From Ascidiella aspersa (Eukaryota): a stretch of DNA of 64,000 bases. Both the position numbers and the translations under genes were made by a program. This document shows, one piece after another, positions 24,598-38,870 of the stretch. The notes under the pieces are model-generated. The model was not told the origin of the DNA. It saw only the letters and a program-made list of their open reading frames with translations, and searched no databases. The stretch lies in assembly GCA_963924565.1 (NCBI GenBank), contig OZ004613.1:8618001-8682000 (forward strand), read 5' to 3'. The stretch's first letter is position 1. Each line of letters opens with the position of its first letter.

Positions 24598-27500
24598 GTA
24601 TAGGGGCTACGGTTCATGCTTTTTTTTAAATGGGTGAAGTCACCATGGGTGAAATCGTCTATCTTAACTGATAAAGCTGTAAAATATCAACGGATGTCAA
24701 TCATCAAAAATACCCATTTGTAATTTAGAGGCATAAATATCCATTACATACTATAGTAGTTGGCATGACCGCCCAACTGAATACCAGTAGTTTTTTTTAC
24801 GTCATTAACCTGTCGATTAGCTAAGAAGCCGGAAGTGTTCGCTCAGCAAATTATAACTTCCGCCTCCATAAGGAGTAAGCATTGTAAAAAAAAATCATTT
24901 AATGAATTCCTGGTAAATAGTAGACCGTCTTATATCGTCATCATTCATCATAAAGTAGTAACGATAAAGTGATTTCCGGTAAATAAAGTCGTCCCACTCA
25001 CATCGTCATCGGTTAATAGTTTAATCGATGTACTTTGCTTATTATACAGCTAATGTTTACCTGAATTTCTTTTAAAATGGATGAGATACCGATAGCCCTA
25101 CTAAGAGCGTCGGTTAAAACATCGACCGGTCGTTCTAAAACGCACAGGATGTCCACACAGTTCCTGTTGAGAAGGCCACTTAGGCGCCACAATGAATCGA
25201 TTGCCGGTTGTTCACTCTGTGAACACACACGCTCTATTCCACGTGCTTATTTTGTGGCGTGTGGGGCTTTTCTACGTATTCAGCTACACAAAACCGATGT
25301 GGTGCAATTTGCCAATGGGACCTGCTCTATTATGTGGGTCCTATATTGTAGCTGTATACATAGGTTGTGTATACTCTCTGTACTAGCATATTCGAGTCTT
25401 TTGAGTTGTATACTAGCCTAGGGTTGCCAAACGTTCGGATTTTTCCGTTCATGTCCGGGTTTCAGTGTTACACTTTGCATCTGTGAAGGAATTTTTCCAT
25501 TGACCAATCCAGTTTAGTGAAAAAAAGTTAGAGGTTGTTTCGTTTTATTTAATTAAAACAAATTGAACTTTCACTGTACACAGTCGGTGCCTCTACAGGT
25601 GATTATCCAAACTGTGATATATTTGCCTGTTCAAAACTGTTAACGCTATTGTGCTACTTACTCTTTGTGGAACAGTTTTGGAATTGTTTTCAAATCTGTT
25701 ATTTGGTTTGTACAGTAGCGGCGAGAATATATCACGGACGCTAGTTTTGCAATGCGAGACATTGAACCTTTTAATGGATAGGCAGTTAACGCAATTTTTA
25801 TTTGTTTTTTGTACATTGTCCTTTGCTCCCATTGCGTCAGTTGCATTGTGCGATTTGCAGGGTCCTTTAAACACGCGTTTCGCTCGACCTAACGCCCATC
25901 TGATTACAAGCAAAGCACTACATTCCGTTGACAGAGCTCGGGTCAGGCGGGTTCATTTCATTCGCTGTGGTCTCTGTCCGAACCCTACAGCTACATCTTC
26001 GCTGCCCGCTGCTTGCGCTTTTATGACCGGTCGAGTTGTTTATGCTGTTGTTTGGACTTTTCTGCTGTTCGGTGTTGCGCCTAATTGTAGCTCCCTGACA
26101 GAGCCGATGCTAATGCATTTACGTTTTTCTGTCAGGCTGTCTTGTTTCTGTTGCAGTTCCTATTCTTTCCGTTGTTCAGTAAGTATTTTTGCTTAACAAC
26201 AAAAGCCGCTGCTAAGGCATTTTTTTTGACAGCCTGTGTTGTGTTGTTGTTTGAATTTATTCAGCTTTGATAGCATATTTAGTACGTCACAAAAGTCATT
26301 GCTCTTTTGTGTGTTTTTTCCTAGCACGTTGCGTTGTCTTTGTTTGTCATGAATTGTGTTATGAACTGTCCTGCTCCTGAATGCTTTTATTTCTTTTGCA
26401 GCAATATGTATATATGTCGTTACAAAACCATTACCATAATTTTCCTGTCGGGTTTAAAGTGTTGTAAATGTCTCAGTTAGGTTTGTTCGTTTTCCCACAC
26501 CTCACTTAAATTCAAGTGGCTCTTATGCTTTAACATCAAATTCCCATTAGTCCTTAAATTTGAGTATTAGGCAATCATTTGTTCTTAGGGTTAACTATTT
26601 AGGCTTAATCATTGCTAACATGGCACACCGTCATGCCGCTAAGCCGTTTTCAGATAACAAAGTGCGGTCTTTTTTACACACAGGCATATGTTTACACTGC
26701 GGAGAATCAAATAAAAAAATGATCTTGAACGTAGCTTATCCATACCCAAACAGTTACCAGACGAAAAAATCAAAAAAGCTAATCGATTGGGATCCATTGG
26801 ACCACCCAATGTGTGCACAAGTAATGAATCGACAAAACGAAAGCCATCAAAACTGAAGCGATATTTTCAAACTGTAACAGCCCAGTAAGCTAATAAGCCA
26901 CGTGTACAGCAAAGGTGTTGAATAGAGTGCACATACGCACTTATTGTGGCACGCGAATAGATTAAACTGGCACTTGAGTTACATTAAAGACTGTGTGTCG
27001 TTTAAGTGATAGAAATCTTAACCCGACTTTGCCTACATGAAGCTGGAAAATCGTACAACTTCAAAGCTACGCGTAAACCATTTCCGCCTTTGTCCGAAGC
27101 GGTTATGGAATATTAGCCCAGCTGTACTTTTTGGCCAACCAAACAAGTCAACCCAGTTGTTGGCAATGTACAGTATAAACCTATCAATAAGACTGGTAGC
27201 CTGTGTGTTATAACTTGGTGTTGATTTTCAAGACTTTTGGTGCCTTTGTTTATTAGTCAGGCGGAACTTTATACACAGTGTTATTAGCGACTATAACGTT
27301 AGCTTATAAGGCAGGCTTCCGGAACTAGTACCTTGTGTGAAAGTTGCAGGGAAATGTTTTTGATGTATCGCGAGCCAAGAATGTTGTGACTAGTAATCCT
27401 GTAATCAGATGTTGCGATATTTTTCAGGTTTCCGCCATAAATTATTGTATTGTATACATAGGCCTTGCTCTTATAGTGATTTTCTGTTTACTGAAAAGTG

Positions 27501-28224
27501 CTATAACTGGTTTTCCATGCGAAACAAGTAAGTGTTTGTTTAATATGTCCTCGAGATTTAGATTTGACACGCCCTCTTAGCCAAGTGCGATTGTTTTGAT
27601 GTTTGTTTTCTACAAAACCTTCGGTATTTTCAACCGGGCTTAAAAGGAGATTATGATTATATAACACCGTCGGAAATAAGTCGTTTTTTTTTCTATGAAA
27701 CGTAAGCAGTTAGAGTGGTGCCGATACACAAGATGTTGCCATCATTCTTACCATTAGCAGATGTATAACGCTGGCAGTTAACGACATGCGAATTAGTTGT
27801 TTCCGATCCTGTTGTTATTGTGGACGTGCTACCGCTGCGTAATGTATTGAAGACCAAAGGCTATACTTAGATCGCAAAACTTATCAAGCTTTGATCAAAT
27901 ATTTTTTCTACACTTTTTTGAATTGTTTTTAGTCAATAGAAGTGTGTTTTTTTTAGTTGTTATGTAAATGGTGGCCGCAATCGCTTTAGTAAGGGGAAGT
28001 ACCGAACATTTCGACCAGGTAATGTTTTTCATTACAACACGGAGTAAAACAACACTTTAAGATTTTTTAAAACGCACAGAAAAACAAACAAAAAAATTCA
28101 AGCAAGGCATTGGCCCTTGTCATTCGCTGAAGTTTTTAGTTGACTTGTATTATGGGGTAATGTAAAATAATATTAAACTCGCTGTGTATTAAAATCGAAA
28201 TACTCAGGCGATGACGATCTAACT

Positions 28225-28900
28225 CAGAGGTTCCCAACGTGGGCGGTACCGCCCCCTTGTGGGCGTTGGCGAGTTACAAGGGGGCGTTACATGAAATTAC
28301 TGATGGCAAAATTTTGTAAAAGGTTCACATAAAAATAGTGACAAACAGCATTGTAGGTAACTTTTAACCTTATGGCTACTTCCGTACTGCGAACTTGTAA
28401 TAGTTTTCCGACCATTGTTACGTAATAATTGGCTTTCTTATGTTAAGTTGTTGGATGTTGTTGCGTTTCACCGTTTTATACGCGGCAAAATGTTTGTATA
28501 TTTAAAGCAGGGGTCGCCGCCGGATTCGGCCAGCCGCGCCCCTTTGACAACTAGACATGAGTTCATTTCAAATACTTTTTGACTATCTTACCTTTAGTAC
28601 GTCGAAAATTTTTCGCGCTTCGCGCCAATGATCTTTCTACGTCCAGTTTGTTGACACATTTTGAAGCTGTTTCTGGATTAGATCAGCGTTTCTTTACCGT
28701 TGCGCCGTGAAAGGCTACGAAGTGCGTCACGGAAAAACGGAAAATGTCTTAAAAAATATTACACATATATTTTTTAACATTTTTTGGGGCAATGCAATAA
28801 TAAAAACTAGCAGGAAATTTAAAAGAAATGCCGGTATACCCCCAAAAAATCGCGCTCGCTTCGTTCGACAGGTGCGCCCGGACTTAAAAACATTAACAAA
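28225..28900. mobile_element. Cluster of nested or truncated DNA-transposon fragments
   Basis: cagaggttcccaac and caggggtcgcc termini; cgcgcttcgcgc and cgcgctcgcttcg motifs typical of non-autonomous DNA elements. Confidence 0.5.
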
Positions 28901-30310
28901 CACTACACTATCTATTAAGGTTAACGCGTTTCCTCAAGGTAGCTTTATTACACTTTTCAGTATGGATAAAAAAATTGACAGACAAAAGATAAATGGTATT
29001 CGATGTAATTTTCTTGATATACATAGAAGTATTTCAAATCAGAAAACTAACCGTAATATTGTAGGGCTGTATAGATTCTGAAGCTTGTATATTTCGCCCT
29101 AAGATTTTTTCCGATTAGAATTTAAAGGTTTCTTTTCATGCACGCCGTTATATAACAAACTAATCACGAAAGGGCGCTGTAATGTTTTTGTTTTGATCTG
29201 ACCAAAACAGCAAACGCAAATCCCAAAACTGAGCAGATTTTTGTAAACGTGTCGATCACAAAAGCACTATCCCCTTGCGTCTCGGGTTTTAAGAGGTTCG
29301 CAGAAGCCATATTCATCATCATACAAGGCTCACGTACAGCGCAGTCAGCGAAACTGACAAACGTGACAAGGATGAGTAATTCTTGGGCAAACTTTAACCT
29401 GGTCCGCCAGGTGTGAGCCAATCTATCCTTAAGAGCTTAACTATCCCCAGCTCATGGCGCTTAATGGTCAGTCAAACACAACTTTGTTTGATCGGGCATC
29501 ATCAAAAGTAGTCAAAACACCAAGTGATCAGTTTTATTTGCTGTATAAGACCAGAGCTTAGACAAAGAGTAATTTTTTTACGAATAAATCCCAGACACCC
29601 ACACATAACTTTCCTGTATTATTGGCTTAACTTGGCACAAACGTGGGATTAAGGAAGTGTGGGAGTCCTTTCTGACCGGGGTCATGCCCCCTATGACGTC
29701 AAACAATGACGACCCCGTTTCGATGTTTAAGACCGCCCCACATCAAGGCATTTTCGTACAATGCACAGCCCTGTCATCTGTCATCATAAGTGAGCGTAAA
29801 TAAACACGTAAAATTGAGGTTTCGGTACTCATTTTTGATTTCCCAAATAAGGCGTTTAGTTTCAAACCAAGTGAACAAACGAAGTTTTTTGCCCTTTTAG
29901 GATATGTTTCTTTTGGGGTCTTGCATGAAAGGGGGTTTGGGGTTCATGATGACCTATCTAAGGGGTTTACAAATAAACTGACAAATAATAAAGTTCATAG
30001 GGTTTGCAAACATCCACTTTAGGTGGCATGTCATTGTAACAATGTGCATTCAAGATACAGTTTTGTTTTTGGCACTTCATAGGAGTTTTTAGGCTATAAA
30101 TCTAAAAGTGGTTCACAGAGTATTGAAATAGGCATTGTGGTCCATAAGAAAACCTAGTAAAGAATCACTAGTTTAGAGATCGTACATCGGATTATGTACT
30201 GTTAAGGAATCAGCGTTGGAAAGAGAATGTGCTTGGTTCATATCTAATCTCACCTGGGTTTGTATAACTGTTGGGGCGGCACGGATCATTCGTGATCTTT
30301 TCTTACTCAC

Positions 30311-30338
30311 GGTAGTTGATCACATGAACATACATCAT
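30311..30338 (-). CDS. Candidate first coding exon of the C2-domain gene (MMYVHVINY-)
   Basis: ATGATG...TACC|gtgagt; phase 1 joins the acceptor at 18236 to give MMYVHVINYPAIVTVFAYIGARAML; a motif-rich GC island lies 0.6-1 kb upstream. Confidence 0.3.
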
Positions 30339-30964
30339 TAAATGGCGGTGGGAAGTTATACAATTGAATTAATTGCGGTTGCTTTAGTTTCTCAACAGAC
30401 GGTGTGTAATTTGAAAATTGCTGAATATGAACTACCACCGCACTTGGTTAGAATAAACACAACACAAAACGATGGATGGTCACAAAACGAAAAAATTAAA
30501 TGTAAGTGGTGTTCTGTAAACAAAAAGAAGCTTTACAAAAGCTGTTAAAATCAATGAACATTGCGCACGAGCATTTAAAATTACAGATGAATATTGATGC
30601 ACGGTTTAACGTAATCCCTTGTCATTTTCGTCTATAAACCTATCACAACATCCAAACCAACACATGTGTTCTCACAAAAAAAAATGGTAAAGTACCGCTT
30701 TTTTTAGATAAAATGTGGATTTGCCCGTGAATCAAACCTAAAAAACAAACAAATTGATATTGCCTCAGAATAAGACAAATTGATATTGCGTCATAATAAG
30801 ACAAATTGATTGATAAATGTTAAATTAATTTCAAAACCAAATAAGGCCAATTAAGATCAGGTGTCAGACGACGTAAAAGCCATCGGTGTGAAAGGTTTCC
30901 ACAGCGCAATTAAAAATAGGCTATATTGGTATGGAATTCCAACATTTGTCCTGATAGACAAGTA

Positions 30965-31330
30965 ATCACTGCCATACAATCACGTGTTCGTTATCCCCTT
31001 TAACCCCGGTAAACAACCGCTCGACTTGTTCGCGCCACGTGTCGTGACTTGACCTTGACTGATTCGACGGAAGTTGAAGGTCATTGCGCCCGCGTTCGAT
31101 CAAGGTCCGACCAAACAACTGCAACTTCCCTACAAAATCCCGGGGCCCGAAGCTAAGAATAAATGCGTTCCGTTTTAAGTTAGTAGGAAGTTCTGAAAGT
31201 ACGATGCAATCGTGGTGCAACGATTGGCCTAGCACGGGTTGTAAACAAGTCAAAAACGATTTGGTGGCAAAGTATAACAAGTCTAGCCCTTTTCCGCGCC
31301 ATTTGCCCAAGATGTCCTGATTCAAGTCAG
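30965..31330. promoter_or_regulatory. Putative enhancer or promoter island with nuclear-receptor, E-box and Ets motifs
   Basis: TGACCTTGA 31050-31058, AAGGTCA 31077-31083, TCAAGGTCC 31100-31108, CACGTG at 30981 and 31036, CGGAAGT at 31068; GC/CpG higher than flanks. Confidence 0.45.
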
Positions 31331-33929
31331 TGTCATAGCATGTCAATACCGTGTATTAAGTCACAGCCATAGCAACCCATTAAAAGCAAAACAATTAATG
31401 GTCAAAAGTCATCCGCTTTCGGTTAGCTCAGACGGCATAATATATCGCTGCAGGTCAATTTAGTGTAACATGTATTTCTCTTCTTATACCATTTTTAACC
31501 ACTGATTTCATTGTTGGTAAACTTGGATCCTTAAACTGGGGGCGAAACTTTTATGGATCACGAGTAAGCCAAAATAAACTTTAGTTATACAACTGTCCAA
31601 ACTAATCAAACACAACCCCAAACTAAATTGCACATCAGTTAACAAATACGGAAAAAGACCAAAATTTTTTTTTTGTCACCATCTAATATTTTAGTCTCGC
31701 GCAGGGCACGGAATAAAAGGTCGCAGGCTAAAACGCAATTAAAAAACTAGTGTAGATTTGGCGTCCGTTCGTTTTGCCTTAAATAATGCTATGACGAAAC
31801 ATTCTGTTTTAACCAAGCTAATTTAAGCCATTCATGTCAAAGGTTTGTGTAATTCCGTAATACATTATGTCAACTTTTAAGGATTCTAAAAAAGTTTGCG
31901 GACCGCTTTGTTACAAATAAGATTATTTTGTTACGTGACTTTACTGCTTAAGTTGCGTGGCTTGATTGCAGTAACTTCAGTGCATTTGGTTGGTTAATTC
32001 ATTACAACACTGATTTACAGTTTCTGCTTCTCCGATTGTTTTATGTGTCAATAACCTGCGTCGCTTGCAACTCATCTTTCATTCTGCCGAACTTCGCTGT
32101 CGAGTGAATTCAGCGCCAAAACATTTCGAACGCCCAGAACGGAATAAACGTTGGCGTATCTCTATACAGACAGCGATATCGTCAAGTTGGTAAAATAGAG
32201 CCTTTTATACGAAACAGAGCGGGCTAAATACACTTGAAGGGCGCTTTTGTCAATACAGGGCGTGTTCCGCGAGTGTTTAGACTTAGAGGTTTAGACTGCA
32301 AAATAAACATATTTTTTAATTTGATACCATTTGAAGAAAAAACGCTGATGAGTTGATTGAATTTTAACTTGCTAGGCTACAACCCTGCTTACATTTTTGT
32401 AAGACCGTCAGGCTTAACAGATGCACAACAGCCGTTCTCGTTTAAAAGAAAAATTGTGGCATTTAAAGTCCTTTCGCTTTCCGTCTGTGCATGGCTCGGC
32501 ACTTACGAATTTACCGCACGCTTTTGTAGACAGCTTTATTCTGATACTGTCCAAATCGCCCAAGGAAAAATTAATTCAAGGATCCACGCACGCCGTTCTA
32601 GCTTGACTGTCGTTTATATAGAAAACGTTATGCTTAAGCTCAGGTGTTATGTTTATTTGCCAAGTAAGAGCAGGCCTGTAGGACAAATCGAGACAAGCGT
32701 GGTTATTGGAAAAAGCTAGGTGGTATGTTAAATAAATATGTTTCCTTTTTTTTCTCTACGGTATAGTTTGTATAGTGTGCATAGTCTCGCAGCATAAAGC
32801 TAAATACTACGCTCAGTAATCGCTTTTCATTCATCATGACAGTTTTCGAATCTATTTTAAGATTAGTTAATTATTCCTATTTTTTCCAAGAACAGGGATT
32901 TAAAATAATATTAGACTTGAGCGTCTGTAATTAGATTAAACACTGTCGAAATGTTTTTGTTCATAGTCATGTGCCGAGCTTGCGGTCTTGAACTTGCCAG
33001 AATAGATTTTTCAAAGGGTTGTGGACTTCAAATAGCCAATGGCGGTTCCTACTAGAACGCTGTATAATCGCTTCTATGCGGCCATAATTTGTCGTTCCTT
33101 ATTTTTGTAAACGACGTAAAAATATAACCGAAAGCAACATAGAAGAGGCCGACTTTGTGGTTTTATGTACCTTAACAGAAATTAAGGGTTTCGCTTTATT
33201 CTCATCTAAGCAACTTGCGACCTTTAACAGTTTTAGTTCGAAAGAAATTTAAGTTGAAAGGCTCAATGAAATCAAAATACATTAAAAGTAATCAAAATAC
33301 ATGTTAACGGCCATTAACAAACGTGCATAATCAATTCTCTCAATAAAACTCACTCTTTTTAAAATGATTAAATCATTTTGTACTGCTTGATTTTTACGCT
33401 CTCTTGAATTGAAAGCCCTAATGAGTTCGACATACCAGCCTATAGGTGAAGTATTACTAAGAAAAACACCCTTTTTGAATAAACACTTGGTGACCGTATA
33501 AGGAAGTCGTCGATTGGACTTTTATTTTGCTTAACTTGGTTCTTGTTAATAGTAACTTACTTTTCCTTTTTTGATGCGGGTAAATGCATGTTTTAGCATT
33601 GTTACGAACCTATACGCGGGCCAGTCGAATAAAAAAAATGCCGTTTAACGAAGATGATTTGGTTTGTAGTGAATTTCAAACGCTTAAATTTGCAGCCCGT
33701 GGGCCAAAGTTTTGTCTAGAGAAAAAGTTTTGTCTGCGCTATGTTGCGGCCAAAGGGCCACTAGGGTTCCGATGAGTTAAATATCTACAGAAGCGTTTAG
33801 AACAGTGCTTTTCAACCTTTATAGTTTTGTTCACCCCTAGCATCTATCTCCAGATTTCATTCACCCTTGTCTCATGATATGATAAAACTATCTCGCTAAT
33901 TAAGAAACTTTGGTATAGACGACGGCGAA

Positions 33930-35320
33930 ACAGCTTCGATACTGATACACGATAATTTGGCACGGTCATCCGAAAACTAAACCGACAAAGAAGGATGTCT
34001 TTACATTTTAATCCGCTACCAATATTTTAAACAACAATTATCGCGATCCGAACCGACACCAAATGACTTCATTACCTTGCTCTATGAAGCACAATAGGTA
34101 GAATTAAAACGTTCAAAGAGAATTACTTCAAGGCTGTTAGGCCAAATATTGTTGTAGCCTTAAGAACTTAAGTTTCATTCAGTTGTTAACCTACAATTTT
34201 TTGATAACTTTGCCTTAAGGTAGAATCGCTGCGTTTGATAGGAAATCATGGATGAAATGTTTGAGTTAATTTCTTATCGGTTTAGAACCGATACCACCCT
34301 GTCCCTGGTATCGGAAGAGCACCGATGCTATCAATTGGTTTCGGGTATCGGCTTCGATCCGATATTATCGGACATTCGCACTGATTAAATTAAAACGTTG
34401 AACAGCAATGCTTTTCGAGAAATCAAGGCAAACTTTTAGTTACCTACGATAGGTATATTAACTTTAGAACAGAATGTTCACCTTTTCTGACAAGTTTACC
34501 TTATAACGTTGAAAACACAGTGCGGGATTAACTTGTCAGCGATATTACTCTAGTTTCGGGTGAGTACCGATACTACCAATTGGCATCGGGATTCGCACTC
34601 AATCGGACGTTGATATCGAGCAAACCTGTTCAACATGCGTAACCGCTGCTTTCTTTCGTACTTGAGCGACAGACGGTAGAACGGAAATTCCAGTCAGCAT
34701 CAATTCCAAAAGCGACTGGCGTTTTTTTTATTTGCATAATTCCTGGACGTCGCGACGTTAGAGGTTGTTAGACACGAACCAGCATAGGCTACGATCCGAT
34801 AACGACCGCACCTTGAAAGATTTCTCGTGTCAGACGTCGGTTAGGAGCCGTGTACAGTCGAACATTTGTGATCTGAAAGTGACTCCCTTCTACTCTGCGA
34901 TTGGCGGCACTTTCCATCAAAAGAATGGGCTCAATTGGGCTCTGGTCTAATCTTTATGCACACACTAGCTTGGCCTACTAAGAGTACCTGTTTTTTATGG
35001 ATCGGACCCGATTACGGATGCCAAGTGGTAACGTCGGGATTTGTCCGATACTATTTAAGGTGGTATCGGTGCCGATCCGATACGAAATTTATTTTTGCAT
35101 TTTTGCAATGGTCTGCGATCCGACGTTGAACTGTAGTTTTTTTATGCTAAAGCAAATTTTGACAAAAAAATAAGTAAAAAAAAAGATTACGTTTAAGCAT
35201 TTCGATCACAACGTTACCACTTTCGCACAGTAATGATGCCATTTGGTAGCGGGTCGGGCGGCAGCACTTTTCGTCAGTATTTCGGGCAACGGTATCGGAA
35301 TAAAGTACGAAGTATTATAT
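33930..35320. mobile_element. Several atcgg/ccgatac-repeat MITE copies
   Basis: Dense ccgatac/gtatcgg arrays at about 34265-34380, 34555-34620 and 34995-35310; terminus attatcggacattc. Confidence 0.65.
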
Positions 35321-35939
35321 TCCATATTTAAAAGTGCGACCTATTTGGCCAATAAAAACGACGTATTCTTGGGATTTTCAGTTTGATTTGTTGGCTAGAG
35401 GCCGCTGGCCATTTTTGAAGGGCCACCTTCCTATCAAAACGTTGGTGTTTATACATTTTTTGGTGGTGAATCACGGTGGTTAATTTCCATCAATCTTGCG
35501 CCTGATGCGTCGAGGCGCCAGAAATTTGACATTTTATGTTGATGTGTAGATATGTCGGGGGAGGGGGAGGGTCATGGCACACTTGAAAAGCTCAGCTACC
35601 GTTAAAATGTTCAGCTACTGTTTGCGAGTCGTCCCGGGATCGAAATACTTGCAGCGTTAGCCCGTGAAAAAATGCGGAACCCATGGATGCGGATTGCGCC
35701 CCGGTTGGCCGCAGACGCTTATTTTGATGCTAAGCGCGGCAGTAAAACAAACGTCTGTCGTTCAGCTGTCTGTCAATCTTTCTCGCGAGCTCGCAAAGCA
35801 CTCTGAACGTTAACCACCGCGCTGGCTGCCTGGCTGGATGTTTTTTTTTCAGGTCCGTTGCACCCCTTAAAGATTTCTCGACACCCGCGGCCCCCGCATT
35901 AGTAAAAACCATAACGAGTTTGGTTTGATTTACGTCTGC

Positions 35940-36093
35940 CAGTGTTGTTATGGATTGAGTCAATGACTTTCAAGTCATTTGTTTATAGACTTAAATTGGG
36001 ACACTTGATTTACCGAAAGGACTAACGTCAAGTCACACCATTCGAAAATAGTAACATAAGTGCACTTCATTAAACTTAAGTAATTATAACACT
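35940..36093. mobile_element. Short internally deleted GACTT-repeat MITE
   Basis: TIRs cagtgttgtta / tataacactg; gacttaa and aagtca motifs. Confidence 0.65.
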
Positions 36094-36689
36094 GGAAAAA
36101 ATCATTGAAAATTAAGCGCTTTTCGTACATTCACATTATAAGCCCTCGCTGCTATTTCGCCGAATGAAGAAAATCGAAGGAAAATGCTAATGAAAGCCCT
36201 AAAGTAATGTTGTCTATTCGAACAGCTTTGGTTTCCACGGCCTACTGGTTGTGAAGCGGTGTTGTAGGCTTTATCATCCGAGCTTATTGTGCCAATAAAT
36301 CTATATTCGTTTTGATTTGAGACTGCCACTAAACGCCCAATTTATAATTGCATGAACAATGGTTTAAAATTGCATTCAAAGGTTTGCCACAGAATAACCA
36401 TTGAGCCATCTTAACCGGGTAAACGGGGAAATTTTCAAAGCAAATATAGGCCGAATTCGTAGGATAAGGTAATGACTCAATTTGGGGGTAAAATTCGATA
36501 CGTATAATGGATATCCGCAAATAGCCGGAATTCCCATCACATAGAACGTGCGTTGATCATAAGGCATTTGCGTAAAGGTAGTTTTCTATCACGCTTAGCT
36601 AAACACATTTCATTGTATAGTCGCAATATTTCTATTCGCGTCCTGGCGTACAATTATAGATCCATTTTGTGTCATAGGCCTCAACTTTC

Positions 36690-36910
36690 TATTCCTCTCT
36701 TCTTCTTCTTTCGTGTTGGTTAGATATCTGGGCAGTGGCTTGTGAGCCACTGCGTGGTAGAGGGTTTTGCGGCCAATATCGCTGCCCAACCAATGGGACA
36801 AGAAAAGTTGGGGCATTCTTCCACGATGTGGTTTGCCGTTTTGTGGCTCCGCACTAACATAGTGGGGAAGGGGCAAGGCCCCATTGAAACATAGAGGAGG
36901 CAAAACGGCC
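36690..36910 (-). mobile_element. Possible decayed 3' end of an RTE-like non-LTR retrotransposon
   Basis: Minus-frame EPQNGKPHRGR resembles the C-terminal W-x-P-x-x-GKR-x-RGRP motif of RTE-clade ORF2; followed by a (gaa)n tail. Confidence 0.3.
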
Positions 36911-37570
36911 GACTCCTGTTAATAAGCGGTTGCGTCTCAACTTTCTATTGAAATAACGGTTGACAGAGATTTAGGACAATGTGTTGTTGATGCATTTGTT
37001 CGGTCTATTACAAAATGCAGTGCTAGTCAATGTTGTACCTTTCTACCAGTTAAAGCAATTTCCTTTTATTATATACAGGCATTTATTTACATCGCGTATG
37101 TTGCGTATCACACAAAGAAGTTTTTGTACATTTTCCAGTCTCTCATAATCATAATTAACTTTTCCGGGAACTGAATATACAGTACACTGTAACGTGAAGT
37201 TTTTAGCCTTGATAATGTTCAAAGCCCGACAAGTCACGTTCTACAAACCCAGCGTCGTGACAGTCCTCGGATAAATTTGTCGCGATTTCGTCAAAGGTCA
37301 AGGCTAAAATGAAAGCAAGCAAGTATTTGAGTAAGAGGTCCTTCGACGAAATTTGCATGATTGATTTGATTGCCCAGGATATTAAGGCCGCAATCAGATT
37401 TTCACCTATTGTATTTCCCCAATGAATACAGCTTTCAACATTGATTTCAGACTACACTTTAAAACGTAATCCCAAAAGAAAAGGAAATGCAAAATAAGTT
37501 AAAAGCCGTAGCGCCCAATGGAACGAAACATGTAAAAAAACACATAAGTTGCGGTCCGAGGCCATAGAAT

Positions 37571-38034
37571 TAGTGTTGTAATGACTTATGTCAATGGCTA
37601 GACTTCAATGCACTTCAGTAACTGTTTTCAACGAAATGACTTGACTTGACTTAAGTCTCTTGGTCAAATGACTTTGAATCGTTTAGGCAAATGAAACGGG
37701 TGGAAATGAAGTGTTTATATTAAGAATTTTTATTTTTATAAAATTGGGTTATTTATCTTAATTTTTAAACATAAAACAATTTGCTTATGCCATTTTGAGT
37801 TCCGTTATTGTTAAGTTGAGTTATTGCTCATAATTGGAAGCGTTAACTAATTTTAATAGTTTAACGTTTAATTTTTATGACAAGGACTTGACTTGGAATT
37901 GACTTACTCTAATTATGACTTGATTGGAACTCCACGTGTTATTTATTCAAAAAGACTTAACTTGAACTTGAATTATTTTACAAATGACTTGAATGGTACT
38001 TAAGCTATTTCAAAATGACTTGTTTACAATACTG
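37571..38034. mobile_element. GACTT-repeat MITE, near full length
   Basis: Termini tagtgttgtaatgac / tttacaatactg; colinear with the copies at 21094 and 50933. Confidence 0.85.
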
Positions 38035-38574
38035 CAAAGAATAAAACACAAAGTTGCCACAAATAAGAATGAGGTCGCATATAGACAGTCCACCATATCG
38101 TGACAAAATGAAATATACAGTTCAGTAATTGTAAATGCTCGTGAATTGATATTTGATCGCCCGTTGAACAATAGTTTGACATTACGTGGCGAGGCAACTA
38201 TACAAGAACTATTGGTCGTAATATTTTGATTGCCCAAAACATTGTTACAGGCGTTTGCTTTGTTTTCCAGCAGCTGTTTTTATGAACGTTGGAATTAGAA
38301 CAATAGCTACAATGGGTTAGTAAAACAGTCAATTAAACGCCTGAACACAAGCAGAATTATAGTTTGTTTTAAAAGGGCATCAAAGCGGACTGTTTTGGTA
38401 ACTCCGTATTTCGCACCGTGCCGTTCTTACAGTAAACGAACAGTGTTGTTTCAATAAACAAAATGAGTTCCTAAACCTGTTACGCTACTTGAGCCTTCAT
38501 ACCAGGTGCAGCACTTAACCCTTAAACCCCTGTTTTCCACTTCGTGCAACAATAGGTTATAGGCAACCATGACC

Positions 38575-38870
38575 TTTTCGGATAAAACCGGTAATTCTTC
38601 GGATTGTCAAAAATCGTGATGCCTATAAATTATAAGATTGTCCGATATTTTTGGGTCGGAGCTGGTACCTGCATTATACTATTACAGGTGATTGTTTTGG
38701 TATTCGTCAGATACTATATAAGCTGATGCCGGACTAATGCCAAATTAATTTGTGTTTTTAGCCATCGTCAGCGATCCAACGCAGATTTTTTTGGAATTTA
38801 ATTAGTAATAACGTCATTTGGTTTTAGATCGGGCGGCAATACTTTTTATCGGTATCGGAATACCTAAAAA
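38575..38870. mobile_element. atcgg/ccgatac-repeat MITE family copy
   Basis: ccgata and atcggtatcgg motifs; internal acgtcatttggttttagatcggg shared with other copies. Confidence 0.6.

Noticed and set aside
25593-26196. 181-aa plus-strand ORF and overlapping ORFs; CFACNQMG resembling a zinc knuckle
   Set aside because: Non-ATG start, no recognisable domain, and the knuckle lacks the His and final Cys.
29164-29421. 85-aa ORF with two hydrophobic stretches
   Set aside because: Non-ATG start, no splice or homology support; expected by chance.
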